DNA of 64,000 bases from a virus (Duplodnaviria > Heunggongvirae > Uroviricota > Caudoviricetes), in IMG/VR virus record IMGVR_UViG_3300044796_000394, one strand, 5' to 3'. A program made the translations under genes and the position numbers. The notes beneath the pieces are model-generated. The model did not search any database. It was not told the DNA's origin and was given only the letters and a program-made list of their open reading frames with translations. Below, piece after piece: positions 45,846 through 54,839 of the stretch (within the stretch, counting starts at the first letter, position 1; every line of letters starts with the position of its first letter).

Positions 45846-46092
45846 ACTTTTCTTTCAGAACCCGAACAGCATTCATGAACATCTTTGTGTTACGAGGATC
45901 ATCGCAAGCGTGATGCCAGACATTCAATAAGTCTTGGCGGTCTCTCCCTACGAGAAATCCCAATTGCTCATTGTAAAAATCCAATGCCGCACGCATATTT
46001 TCCGGATCGCTAATATCTGAATACCGCAATCCTTCTTCGTACACTGAAGTAGCAATATCTGCAAAAACTTCCAGCAACTCACTATTTTTCAT
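45838..46092 (-). CDS. Hypothetical protein
   Basis: 84 aa with GGAG SD. Confidence 0.6.
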   Translation of the reverse strand: MKNSELLEVFADIATSVYEEGLRYSDISDPENMRAALDFYNEQLGFLVGRDRQDLLNVWHHACDDPRNTKMFMNAVRVLKEKYE

Positions 46093-46175
46093 GGCAAGAA
46101 CTCCGGATGGTGAAAGAAATAAGCGGCCACTTAACTAACCGCTTATCATATAAGATAGATCGCCTATTTAGATTC

Positions 46176-47078
46176 CTACTCTTCAATTTTGTAAGGAATC
46201 AAAGGGAACTTCTTATCAAAGTCTTCAACGGCCTTTTTCTTGGGCATTGAAAGCAACTTTGTATCATCGACAGTCAAGTTTTTGAATGGCGTTGTATTCA
46301 GCACCTTTTCTTCTGGTACTTCAATAGAGTCATCCAAGATAAAATCTACTCCAGCTCTTTCCGCCCAACCCATGAGCCTTCGCATTGGAACGTACAATTG
46401 AAAGCCAACTCCAGCACTTCGGACGATCATACCAACATATTGGCCATCACTTTCACGGAACAAGCCGCCACCGGATGAACCGGGATATGCTGGTGCGGAA
46501 GTTTGATCAAAAACCGTATCATTCCTTACTCGTCCATATTGACTGACAAGACCATTCGTTAAGCTATTCGATCCTTGTTGCCCTAAGAGACTTCCGACAT
46601 GGAATACCTTCTGTCCGATGGGCAGAGGCTCTGGGTCTGTACAGAATGTTGTAGAATGCTTGAATACGTTTCTCTTGCGGACTCTGAGAAGTGCTAAATC
46701 TTCGCCGTGTTCGGCATCGCTGTATCGGATGACTTCGGCATTAAGTGCGATGTATCCGACCGATCTACCGTCTTCGTAGATTTCTTTGACAACCTTGGCA
46801 TCATCAAAAGTGACGATGTTTGGTTTTGGGGTTCGTTTGAGCGTTTCCAATACGTGTGCGCAAGTCAAGATGTAAGTAACACCGTCTCTGACTTTGACAA
46901 CACCGGAACCTTGCGAACTATCGGCATGAATTGTTACGCTGACATTTTGAAGGTGTGTTGGAATTTGTTCTGCTGTTAACTTCGGAACTTCAACTTTTGG
47001 AACTTTTGGGGGTTCATCGCCAAGTGTGAATAAACAACCACTCAATATTACCAAAGGAATTAAAAACCACTTTTTCAT
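46176..47078 (-). CDS. Trypsin-like serine protease with a lipoprotein signal
   Basis: MKK..LSGC lipobox; GSGV, TCAHV, DLALL, PGSSGGG catalytic-triad motifs. Confidence 0.88.
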   Translation of the reverse strand: MKKWFLIPLVILSGCLFTLGDEPPKVPKVEVPKLTAEQIPTHLQNVSVTIHADSSQGSGVVKVRDGVTYILTCAHVLETLKRTPKPNIVTFDDAKVVKEIYEDGRSVGYIALNAEVIRYSDAEHGEDLALLRVRKRNVFKHSTTFCTDPEPLPIGQKVFHVGSLLGQQGSNSLTNGLVSQYGRVRNDTVFDQTSAPAYPGSSGGGLFRESDGQYVGMIVRSAGVGFQLYVPMRRLMGWAERAGVDFILDDSIEVPEEKVLNTTPFKNLTVDDTKLLSMPKKKAVEDFDKKFPLIPYKIEE

Positions 47079-47099
47079 AATTTTCCAAGAAATGAGAAT

Positions 47100-47129
47100 G
47101 CCAACGGGGGAGGTTAAGCCCCCGTTGGC
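47100..47129 (-). terminator. GC-rich hairpin after spoVR (terminator-like)
   Basis: GCCAACGGGGG-8 nt-CCCCCGTTGGC; weak U tract. Confidence 0.5.
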
Positions 47130-47136
47130 GATTTTA

Positions 47137-48690
47137 TCAAACTGCTGGTTCGCCGACAGTCACCTGATCGTCCTTGCAGTAATACATGATCTGTTTTTCA
47201 TCCTTGTCTTTGGAAAGGATCGCACATGGCCCTCTCCAAATTGCGCTCAGCGCCCGCATGGTTTCCTTGGTCTTGGATGGGTGGAGTGTTCGTCCATCCC
47301 ATTCGTGTTCCATGAGGAAGATGCGTTGGCCTTTGTAGTTGGGTTCAACCAACTTGATCACGGGCAGGCCACGGTTAACATACTTCTGGATGAGCATCGC
47401 CTTGATCTTCTGAGCATCCCGCTCCATGATCTTGTAGGTACCATCAGGGAATTTCTTCCACTGATAGAATTGATGCTTGTCGCAGAATTCTTGGGTGAAG
47501 AATTCCGCCAGTGCGGTGACGTCGTTGTAGTGGCGACGGACTTCGAAAATCTTGTCGTGGCCGAGGCCGAGTTTCTTGTCCCACTTCGCCTTAACTTGTG
47601 CGTCTTCGCATTCATCCCATTCTTTGCCGAACTGTCCCTTGTTCCAACGTTCCTCAATGTCGGTGAGAAGCATGTATCCGAGTTTGTACGGGTTCATACT
47701 TGTCTTACCACCGAGAACACCGGCTTTGTGGGCGGCATACTCCACAATCCCGTCGTCTTTGGCGAGACCGTATTGAGCCATCATCTGACTATCGACTCTG
47801 GATGCCCAACCTTCGTTAAGCATCTTCGTCTGCCCTTGTGGGGCAAAGTACATTGCTTCTCGGTACATCATGCTGATGATGTCTTGTTGCCAAGGCTTCA
47901 ACGGGGCATGATCCTTGAGATAGCCGAAAATGTCCTTATCGGGCTTCTCAAACAATCCGATGCTCTTGCGGACTTCTTCATCCTTGATACGTCCGTATTC
48001 CGAGTCGATGTACTTCTGGTCGTTGATCCACTCTTCCATGTACTCATGTCCCTCTTGGACTTTGAGACGACGAGGATGTTCCACATGGCGGCGGACCGAA
48101 GGGATCGGGTCGTGCGAAATGCGGCGGTTCCAAGCTTTGGACGAGTCGATCAGCGTTTCCACCGACATGATGCGGTTGATGAAACGGTTAACATTTTCCT
48201 TGCCCCATTCCGCCGACAACTTGCGGATACGGGTACCGTGGTTCGCCAGTTCATTCATCATGTTCTGGGAAGTCTGGGAGAAGAAGATGTTGTTTTTGAA
48301 GAAGTCGTTGTGGCCGGTTGCGTGAGCAATAACAGTCACATGGTCAACCCACGTATTGGAGTCAAGACAGTAGATGTAGCACGGGTTCGTGTTAATCACC
48401 ATCTCGTAAATACGGTGCATGCCGTATTCGTATCCACGTGAGAGGTCTTCGTACTGTTCGCCGAACGACCAATGCGGGAAGCGGACGGGGAAACCGCCGT
48501 AAGCGGCCACTTCCGAGATACCGTCGTAGTCCAAGAATTCTACGACTGTGTCATAGAAGTCCAGACCCCAATCACGGCACGATTTGAGAATGCCGGGAAT
48601 TTCTTTCAGAATTTCGGGGGGAATCTTAACCCCCGGAATTGTATTGTCCCCTTTGAGTAGTTCAGGGGACTGCATCAGATTAGCAGCCAT
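47137..48690 (-). CDS. spoVR: SpoVR family protein
   Basis: AYGGFPVR.PHWSFG, IYEMVIN..PC..Y, AH..GH.DFFKNN, TKMLNEGWAS, NPYKLG. Confidence 0.93.
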   Translation of the reverse strand: MAANLMQSPELLKGDNTIPGVKIPPEILKEIPGILKSCRDWGLDFYDTVVEFLDYDGISEVAAYGGFPVRFPHWSFGEQYEDLSRGYEYGMHRIYEMVINTNPCYIYCLDSNTWVDHVTVIAHATGHNDFFKNNIFFSQTSQNMMNELANHGTRIRKLSAEWGKENVNRFINRIMSVETLIDSSKAWNRRISHDPIPSVRRHVEHPRRLKVQEGHEYMEEWINDQKYIDSEYGRIKDEEVRKSIGLFEKPDKDIFGYLKDHAPLKPWQQDIISMMYREAMYFAPQGQTKMLNEGWASRVDSQMMAQYGLAKDDGIVEYAAHKAGVLGGKTSMNPYKLGYMLLTDIEERWNKGQFGKEWDECEDAQVKAKWDKKLGLGHDKIFEVRRHYNDVTALAEFFTQEFCDKHQFYQWKKFPDGTYKIMERDAQKIKAMLIQKYVNRGLPVIKLVEPNYKGQRIFLMEHEWDGRTLHPSKTKETMRALSAIWRGPCAILSKDKDEKQIMYYCKDDQVTVGEPAV

Positions 48691-48716
48691 TCGTAAGTCT
48701 CCTCTAAGGGTTGGGG

Positions 48717-49958
48717 TTAGGCGATTTCTTCGATCTTAACACTTTTCTTGCTGCTCTTGACACCTTTGCCGAGCAGTTCTTTCAGAGCGTTCTTGACGGC
48801 GGCGTCACGATTTTCTGGTGTGGAGAAGAAGTCCCAACCAGCATCCTTCGGACGATCAACCGACGTTGTGCGGACATGATCCGAGTACAACTTACCTTGC
48901 TCCAAAGACTTGTCCACAGCCGCCTTGAGTGTTTGCTCGTAGCTATAAGCCATGACTTGTGTGATGCCGAAAAGGTTAACCGCTTTCGGCCCCAAATCCT
49001 TCTGCAGCAACTTGATGAAGGTGCTGTTATCATTCATTTCGTTTTCGCCGTCACCGAAGTAGAAGGCGTAGATATTCCACTTGGCAGGATCGAACTTGCC
49101 CTTCGGCGAGATGAGCTTCTTCATCAAACGCAGAGCGGACGAACAACGAGTACCACCACCGTACCGCAAGTTGTAGAACACTTCTTGCGAAACTTCCTTG
49201 GCTTCCGTATCGTGCCACAGGTAGACGGATTCTGTCTTCTTGTAGAAGGTGCGAATCCAGAGGTCGAGCCACCAGCTAATATCGCTCACTACGTCGCACT
49301 TGTTAACATCCATCGAGCCGGAACCGTCTCGCATGAAGAAGATCACAGCATTGCTGCTAGGCTTCTTAATGATGTTGTATTGGCGATAGCGACGATCATC
49401 GTTGTTGGGGAGCAAGAGGGGAACGTTTTGATTGTACCCCAAGAGCGGGTGAAGCTCTTGCAAATTGCCTTGTGCGGCCATTCGCTTCATCGTTTGGCGA
49501 AGTGTTTTTCGCTTGTGGAGAAGTGCGTTCGGGCCAATCTTCGAGATGCCGTTATAAACGACTTTTTCATCTTCGAAGGTTTGGCTGGCTTTGGGTTGGA
49601 GATCAGGCAATTCCAATTCGTCTTTGAGCATCTTGACGATGTACTCAAGATCAACTTGAATGTTAATGCCTTCGGCGGGATCGTCCCCGGCATCGTGACC
49701 ATCCTTGCCCTTACCCTTGGCAGGATCTTTGCCGATAATATCGCCCGGCTTGCCCGGCCCACGACCTACACCATCTTGCGGCTTTCCGAAAGTGATGTGT
49801 GGGAGTTCAATGCGTGGGATCGTAATCCCGATTTTGCCGTTTTTACCACGTTGACGGAAGATTTGACCCGTCTTAATGAACTTCTTGAGTTCTTCGTTAA
49901 CCTTTCCGGAAACCGTATCACGGAATTCCTTGTGGTCTTCTTGGATGTTGTGCGATAT
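48717..49958 (-). CDS. yeaH: YeaH/YhbH (DUF444, vWA-like) protein; frame extends to an ATA at 49958
   Basis: Open frame ISHNIQEDHKEFRD..LKKFI..I.IP.I.LP...FG; ELELP.L.PK, D.SGSM, GGT..SSA, WNIY.F...DGEN. Confidence 0.88.
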   Translation of the reverse strand: MSHNIQEDHKEFRDTVSGKVNEELKKFIKTGQIFRQRGKNGKIGITIPRIELPHITFGKPQDGVGRGPGKPGDIIGKDPAKGKGKDGHDAGDDPAEGINIQVDLEYIVKMLKDELELPDLQPKASQTFEDEKVVYNGISKIGPNALLHKRKTLRQTMKRMAAQGNLQELHPLLGYNQNVPLLLPNNDDRRYRQYNIIKKPSSNAVIFFMRDGSGSMDVNKCDVVSDISWWLDLWIRTFYKKTESVYLWHDTEAKEVSQEVFYNLRYGGGTRCSSALRLMKKLISPKGKFDPAKWNIYAFYFGDGENEMNDNSTFIKLLQKDLGPKAVNLFGITQVMAYSYEQTLKAAVDKSLEQGKLYSDHVRTTSVDRPKDAGWDFFSTPENRDAAVKNALKELLGKGVKSSKKSVKIEEIA

Positions 49959-50136
49959 GGCAGCACCTTACTTTCTGTAGCTGGAATCAAATCATTTTTG
50001 GAACAGGATATTCACCAGCAAAATACCCATTCGCAGAACACCGTAATTGATACTTAACAAATTGATAGAAAGAAGATGATGCTTATGTGTTTATTTTAAC
50101 AATCAAAAATCAAAATGGAAGCGGAGTTAATTTGAT

Positions 50137-50171
50137 AAAAAACAGGGCAGTGGCCATTCCACTGCCCTGTT
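50137..50171 (-). terminator. Intrinsic terminator after prkA
   Basis: AACAGGGCAGTGG-CCATT-CCACTGCCCTGTT with an A-run giving a U tract on the minus strand. Confidence 0.8.
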
Positions 50172-50180
50172 CAATTACAT

Positions 50181-52283
50181 TCAGTCGCCGGTATCGCCAC
50201 GGGCGAAGATGCTCGCCACGTAGTTCAGAACGTCGGTGGCACTGTTCTCGTTGTATCCGAAGTTGCGGATCATACGAGTCTTCACAGCGTCGATCTTCTC
50301 TTGAAGGTCTTTGTCGCCGACAGTCGCACCCTTGGACAGAGCCGAGAGCTTGATGGTGTCTTTGGTGTCCTCAAAGAGCTTCTTCTCCAAAGCCTTGGCC
50401 AGCTTGGGATTCGAGTCCCACTTAACTTCCTTGCCACGCAAGTGAGCGGTACCGATGAAGGTAGCGATCTGGCGGCGGAAGTCATCGGCGTATTGCTCAC
50501 CGATTTCGGCCTTCTCTTCGATGCTCCGCATCAAACGTTCGTCCGGTTCTTCTTCCTTGCCGGTGAACGGATTGGTGATCTTCGTCTTCTCAACGTGGGC
50601 GACCACGTTGTCGATGTAGTTGGTGTACAACCGGACGATTGCGTTCTCGTCGCTCACCAGAGCCTTCTGCACTTCGTTCTTCAGGATGTCGTCCAGTTCC
50701 TTCTTGACGAGCTCCACGCAGTTGTCGTACCAGCTCTTGTCGTTCTCGTCCACGATGAGGGCGAAGTTGCCCAAACCGGCCTTGATTTCGTTCAAGACCA
50801 TGAACATGTTAACATAGCCGGGGTTGTCCACCAAGGCGTTGCTAATCTTGTTCTGGACGTATCGAGCCGACACGCCACGAGCCATACCTTCGTTCGGGTA
50901 CTTGTCCCGAAGTTCCTTCACACGGTCTTCCGTCCAGTTGGGCAAGCTGCGTCCGTCGTACAGCTTCGCCTTGTCCACAGGGCTGACGGAGTCCTTACCG
51001 TCTTGGAGCCGAGTGAGGATCGCCCACAGAGCGGCGATTTCAAGGGTGTGAGGGGCGATGTGGATGTGTTTAACACGATCCTTGCCGTAGTCTTGTTCCA
51101 AGACCTTGATTTCATCGCTCCACTTGAGCAGGTAAGGCACGTCGACCCGCACGGTGCGGTCTCGGAGAGCTTCCATCGTAACGTCTTGCTGGAGCTTGAC
51201 GAATTCGGGGTTGTTGGTGTGGCCGATGATGACCATGTCAACATCGATCTGAGGGAATTTCTTCGGTTTGAACTGGCGTTCTTGGCAGACGCCGAGCAAG
51301 TCGTACAGGAATTCCTTTTCCAGTTTGAGGACTTCGATGAATTCGATGAAGCCACGGTTGGCAACTTCAAACTCACCGTCGAACCCGAAGGCACGAGGGT
51401 CGCTGTCCACACCGTAGTGAGCCAGCTTGGTGTAGTTAATGTCACCGGTGAGTTCGGTGGCGTCTTGGTTCTTCGGATCTTTCGGTTGGAAGGTACCGAT
51501 ACCGATACGCTTCGATTCGCTCAGCACGATGCGGCTGACCCGAATGTGGTTCTCGACCACTTTGCCCCAATCGCCTTGATAGCGAGCGAGCAGTTTGTCC
51601 ATGAAGAACTGGCAGATCGGGTTAAGTTCGCCGCCGAGTTTGATGCGGTGCAGGTTGCCCTTTTCCGCTTCGGGGGTGATCTCTTCGTTGATGATGTTGA
51701 GCTTCTCTTCGATATCCTTGCGTTGAGCCAAGGCGATCAGCTTGAGAGGGTCGTCGTTCATCGGGCACTTAACTTCATCTTTGATGTCGAGTGCTTCGTG
51801 GATGGTCACGCCGTCGTTATCTTTCACGGCGCCGAGGTTCGTCCACGTATAGGTGTAAATCGCACCTTCGTCGGTTTGGCTGAAGCGTTCCAAGCCACGC
51901 TTCAACAGACGGCAGATCGTGGATTTGCTGCTACCCACAGGGCCGTGCAGCAAGAGAATCCGCTTTTCGGTGCCGTACCAGTCAGCGGCACCCTTAATGT
52001 GCTTGACCAAGCTGCCGAGGGTGTCTTCCAACCCGTGGATCGGAATTTCGACGTCGTTGAAGAATTTGTACTTGGTGACCTTCTTGCGGTATTTAACCGA
52101 CTCGTAGGTGCCGGGGGCAATCACCATGTTGTACAGCCGTTGGTAGGCGCTGTAGGCCAGTTTCGGTTGAGCGAAAACGGCGTCCAAGTACTCAGTGAAC
52201 GTCATGGTTTTGTTCAGCTTGTTGTACTTTGCACGGTCGAACTTCGCAGCCAGTTCCTCGAAACGGCGGGTCTTTGCAGTCAT
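50181..52283 (-). CDS. prkA: PrkA/YeaG family AAA+ serine protein kinase
   Basis: LLHGPVGSSKST, IGTFQPKD.KNQD.TELTG, SDPRAF.FDGE...ANRG..EF.E.LKL, HTN.PE, EA.RDR, APHTLE, G.S.RY. Confidence 0.95.
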   Translation of the reverse strand: MTAKTRRFEELAAKFDRAKYNKLNKTMTFTEYLDAVFAQPKLAYSAYQRLYNMVIAPGTYESVKYRKKVTKYKFFNDVEIPIHGLEDTLGSLVKHIKGAADWYGTEKRILLLHGPVGSSKSTICRLLKRGLERFSQTDEGAIYTYTWTNLGAVKDNDGVTIHEALDIKDEVKCPMNDDPLKLIALAQRKDIEEKLNIINEEITPEAEKGNLHRIKLGGELNPICQFFMDKLLARYQGDWGKVVENHIRVSRIVLSESKRIGIGTFQPKDPKNQDATELTGDINYTKLAHYGVDSDPRAFGFDGEFEVANRGFIEFIEVLKLEKEFLYDLLGVCQERQFKPKKFPQIDVDMVIIGHTNNPEFVKLQQDVTMEALRDRTVRVDVPYLLKWSDEIKVLEQDYGKDRVKHIHIAPHTLEIAALWAILTRLQDGKDSVSPVDKAKLYDGRSLPNWTEDRVKELRDKYPNEGMARGVSARYVQNKISNALVDNPGYVNMFMVLNEIKAGLGNFALIVDENDKSWYDNCVELVKKELDDILKNEVQKALVSDENAIVRLYTNYIDNVVAHVEKTKITNPFTGKEEEPDERLMRSIEEKAEIGEQYADDFRRQIATFIGTAHLRGKEVKWDSNPKLAKALEKKLFEDTKDTIKLSALSKGATVGDKDLQEKIDAVKTRMIRNFGYNENSATDVLNYVASIFARGDTGD

Positions 52284-52511
52284 GCTCGCTCCATAATAGA
52301 TGGGTGCCGTTTGAGGCACAAGAAATGCCGAAACTTAGATTTCGGACGAATTGATAATGTGATGAAGAGACTTTGATAACCGACGTATTATTTAACCAAG
52401 CAAATTATTTATCAACGATAATTACTCAACCAACTGTCAACAAAAGTCATAAAGAAGATGATGTAAATTGTAACAAGAACCAAACCTTCAATCCATGCGA
52501 ATAAATCTTCT

Positions 52512-52751
52512 TTATGCTGCTTTTTCATTTCGTGAACTTGTCTCATCCTTTGTTGATTTTTTAACTTCCTCTACAAGCTCATCAAGAGTCATATGCTCTG
52601 TGCGGGAATAATAACTACCATCAATACCTGCTGCCATTCCAGCCCGAAAGATGACTCTACCTTCGCTGTCTATTTCTATTTTGGTTCTGTCGCTTTCATC
52701 CCGTTTCAGATTTGCGAGTAAAGCAACCAAGTGTTCAAGTTCCTGTTTCAT
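52512..52751 (-). CDS. Hypothetical protein
   Basis: 79-aa ORF. Confidence 0.55.
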   Translation of the reverse strand: MKQELEHLVALLANLKRDESDRTKIEIDSEGRVIFRAGMAAGIDGSYYSRTEHMTLDELVEEVKKSTKDETSSRNEKAA

Positions 52752-52825
52752 ATTCGTCTCAGCGGTGTTGTGAGATCATCATACCACAAGAATTTTCAGT
52801 TTCTATCTTTTCCGATTTCAAGAAA

Positions 52826-53161
52826 TTAACCCTGTTGAGTAAAGGGATCAATATCTGCGATCTTGCCTTCGTATTTGCTAATGTCGTCAATAGCGTTGTA
52901 TTCGTGCTTATGCGTATTGTTTGCCTCTGCTACTCGCCGTAACGTTTTAGAATTTTCGTAATTCGTTTTAGCAACGTAGTCAAAGTCGTCTTCTTTTGAC
53001 GTTCCTCTCGGATCGGCAAAGATAACAGCACTTGGTCGAGTATTCAATCGTTCTGGTTTTTTAGAACACTTGGAACACTTAATTTTGTCAACTGCTTCCC
53101 AACGACAAATTTCTTCAAAATTGATAGAACAGGCTTTGCAATGAAAACAATAAATAGGCAT
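52826..53161 (-). CDS. FmdB-like zinc-ribbon protein
   Basis: MPIY.F.C..C...FE.......C..C. Confidence 0.8.
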   Translation of the reverse strand: MPIYCFHCKACSINFEEICRWEAVDKIKCSKCSKKPERLNTRPSAVIFADPRGTSKEDDFDYVAKTNYENSKTLRRVAEANNTHKHEYNAIDDISKYEGKIADIDPFTQQG

Positions 53162-53165
53162 AGAA

Positions 53166-53195
53166 TATCTCCTGACCTTAATTAGTGAGGAGATA
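53166..53195 (-). promoter_or_regulatory. Hairpin that can sequester the SD of the zinc-ribbon gene
   Basis: Minus strand TATCTCCT-CACTAATTAAGGTC-AGGAGATA-TTCT-ATG. Confidence 0.45.
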
Positions 53196-53203
53196 CTAAA
53201 ATC

Positions 53204-53728
53204 TTACAGTTTCGGAAGTTTGTCGGTATCCACTTTGGATGCGCTTTGGAATAGAACAGTACCAGCACTCAACTTGTCACGAGCTTCCATGAGGGCAGTA
53301 AACGCTTCCTTCGACTTATCGTGAATAGGAATCGCATACTTTTCAAGAGTTCGCAGAAGTTCGCCATAAATCATGTGCAGAGCCGCCGCACAATAGCGAT
53401 CTTCTTCTTTGATCACTGTTCTCGTTAACTTTTTACTTTCTTGATCAGTATTATCCATCTTGACTGCCAAGCCGTAATAGAAAACACCATCTTCTTTGCC
53501 GGGCTTGCGTATCAATTCAGGACAACGATCCATCCACTTTGCCAACTCTACACTGTCTACGCCCAACTTGGAAGCTAAAGAATTGGGAGTCCGCATGTTC
53601 CGGCCAGACTTTAACTCTTTGGCGAATTCTTCAATGAATTCTTTGGAGCCAATAGTACTTACAGAAGGGGACGAGGTCGTGCGTACGATGACTTCTTCGG
53701 TCGGAATTTCTCGTATATCCTGCGACAT
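53204..53728 (-). CDS. Hypothetical protein (possible winged helix)
   Basis: 174 aa, AAGGA SD. Confidence 0.65.
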   Translation of the reverse strand: MSQDIREIPTEEVIVRTTSSPSVSTIGSKEFIEEFAKELKSGRNMRTPNSLASKLGVDSVELAKWMDRCPELIRKPGKEDGVFYYGLAVKMDNTDQESKKLTRTVIKEEDRYCAAALHMIYGELLRTLEKYAIPIHDKSKEAFTALMEARDKLSAGTVLFQSASKVDTDKLPKL

Positions 53729-53769
53729 TTCTAACTTCCTTGGATGAGTATTAACTATAACCCATAAAA

Positions 53770-54270
53770 TTAGGAAATCAACTCATATTCAATTACAACA
53801 AAATCTTTATGGGCTTTTCGAGAAGTTTCACGGAAATTTTTAGGAACGAAAAAGAACTTGTTGCCGTCATGTTTGCCCTGAACCTGAGATAAGATTATCT
53901 TATTAACCGCTCCGGTTTCCAAGGCCAATTGATAAATCTCAGCACCACCAATAATGAAAATATCCTTACCTTCATTTTTCACAGCATCTTCCAATGCTTC
54001 AATCATATTTTTACAAAATATTGGCCCGCAAAGACCCTCTTCGATTGTTTTATGAGGATCGGCTCGAAGATTTTGACGACTGATTATGTAATTAACCCGC
54101 TTCATCAACGGTCTTTTTGGCAAAGTATCCCATGTCTTACGACCCATGATGACAGAATGTCCCATCGTAGTTGCTTTGAAGAATGCTAAATCTTCAGGCA
54201 AATACCAAGGAATCTTTTTGCCATCTCCGATAACCCCATTTTCATCTGCTGCGACGATGATCGTTGGCAT
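53770..54270 (-). CDS. folA: Dihydrofolate reductase
   Basis: A.DENGVIG...IPW.LPEDL.FFK..T, IMGRKTW..LP.RPL..R.N, IIGGAEIY. Confidence 0.95.
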   Translation of the reverse strand: MPTIIVAADENGVIGDGKKIPWYLPEDLAFFKATTMGHSVIMGRKTWDTLPKRPLMKRVNYIISRQNLRADPHKTIEEGLCGPIFCKNMIEALEDAVKNEGKDIFIIGGAEIYQLALETGAVNKIILSQVQGKHDGNKFFFVPKNFRETSRKAHKDFVVIEYELIS

Positions 54271-54351
54271 AACCTATAACCCCTACGATAATTACTGAAA
54301 TGATGACATATGTAAAATAACATAGCCACCAGAGAATATCCAGAGAGGCTA

Positions 54352-54570
54352 TTAAATCAACTTTTTCACTATCGTGTTTATTGTCCATTTGTTATTTTCA
54401 TTTGCAATATGGTTTTCTAAAACATAAGTTTGCGATTTGTACGTAATAACAATAAACTTCCAATAGGACTTACCCGAAGGCGTCACACCTTTATCACCAC
54501 CATAAATTTGTCCAAAGGCAAACAAATCATCGCTATTTGGTAACATTAACGATAACCTTTTTCTTGCCAC
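54352..54570 (-). CDS. Hypothetical protein
   Basis: 72-aa ORF. Confidence 0.45.
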   Translation of the reverse strand: MARKRLSLMLPNSDDLFAFGQIYGGDKGVTPSGKSYWKFIVITYKSQTYVLENHIANENNKWTINTIVKKLI

Positions 54571-54839
54571 ATACGATAAATGATATCAACTTCTTGAGGA
54601 GTGTAATAAACGCCCTCTACCGCATTTCTGGCAATTTTTATTTGTTCTTTGCGAGTCAATTTATGACGACCCGGATAAAGTCTGTCTGGACAGATATTTG
54701 TATCCATCAAACCGCCATTGATATACTCAACAGTCACACCCCAAGGCGTAATAACGACACGTTTGTTTCGTTTTTTATTGTAAACTAAATAGCAATAAGG
54801 ATAACTCATACTGTAACCGGCATTCTGATTGGAGGACAC
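54546..54839 (-). CDS. Hypothetical protein
   Basis: ORF coupled to thyA; start probably MSYPY. Confidence 0.5.
   Translation of the reverse strand: MSSNQNAGYSMSYPYCYLVYNKKRNKRVVITPWGVTVEYINGGLMDTNICPDRLYPGRHKLTRKEQIKIARNAVEGVYYTPQEVDIIYRMWQEKGYR

Noticed and set aside
50301-52376. 691-aa plus-strand ORF (also 47026-48441, 48711-50057 and 13454-14179)
   Set aside because: Antisense shadows of prkA, spoVR, yeaH and the GATase. Biased codon usage removes antisense stops, and they have no recognisable motifs.
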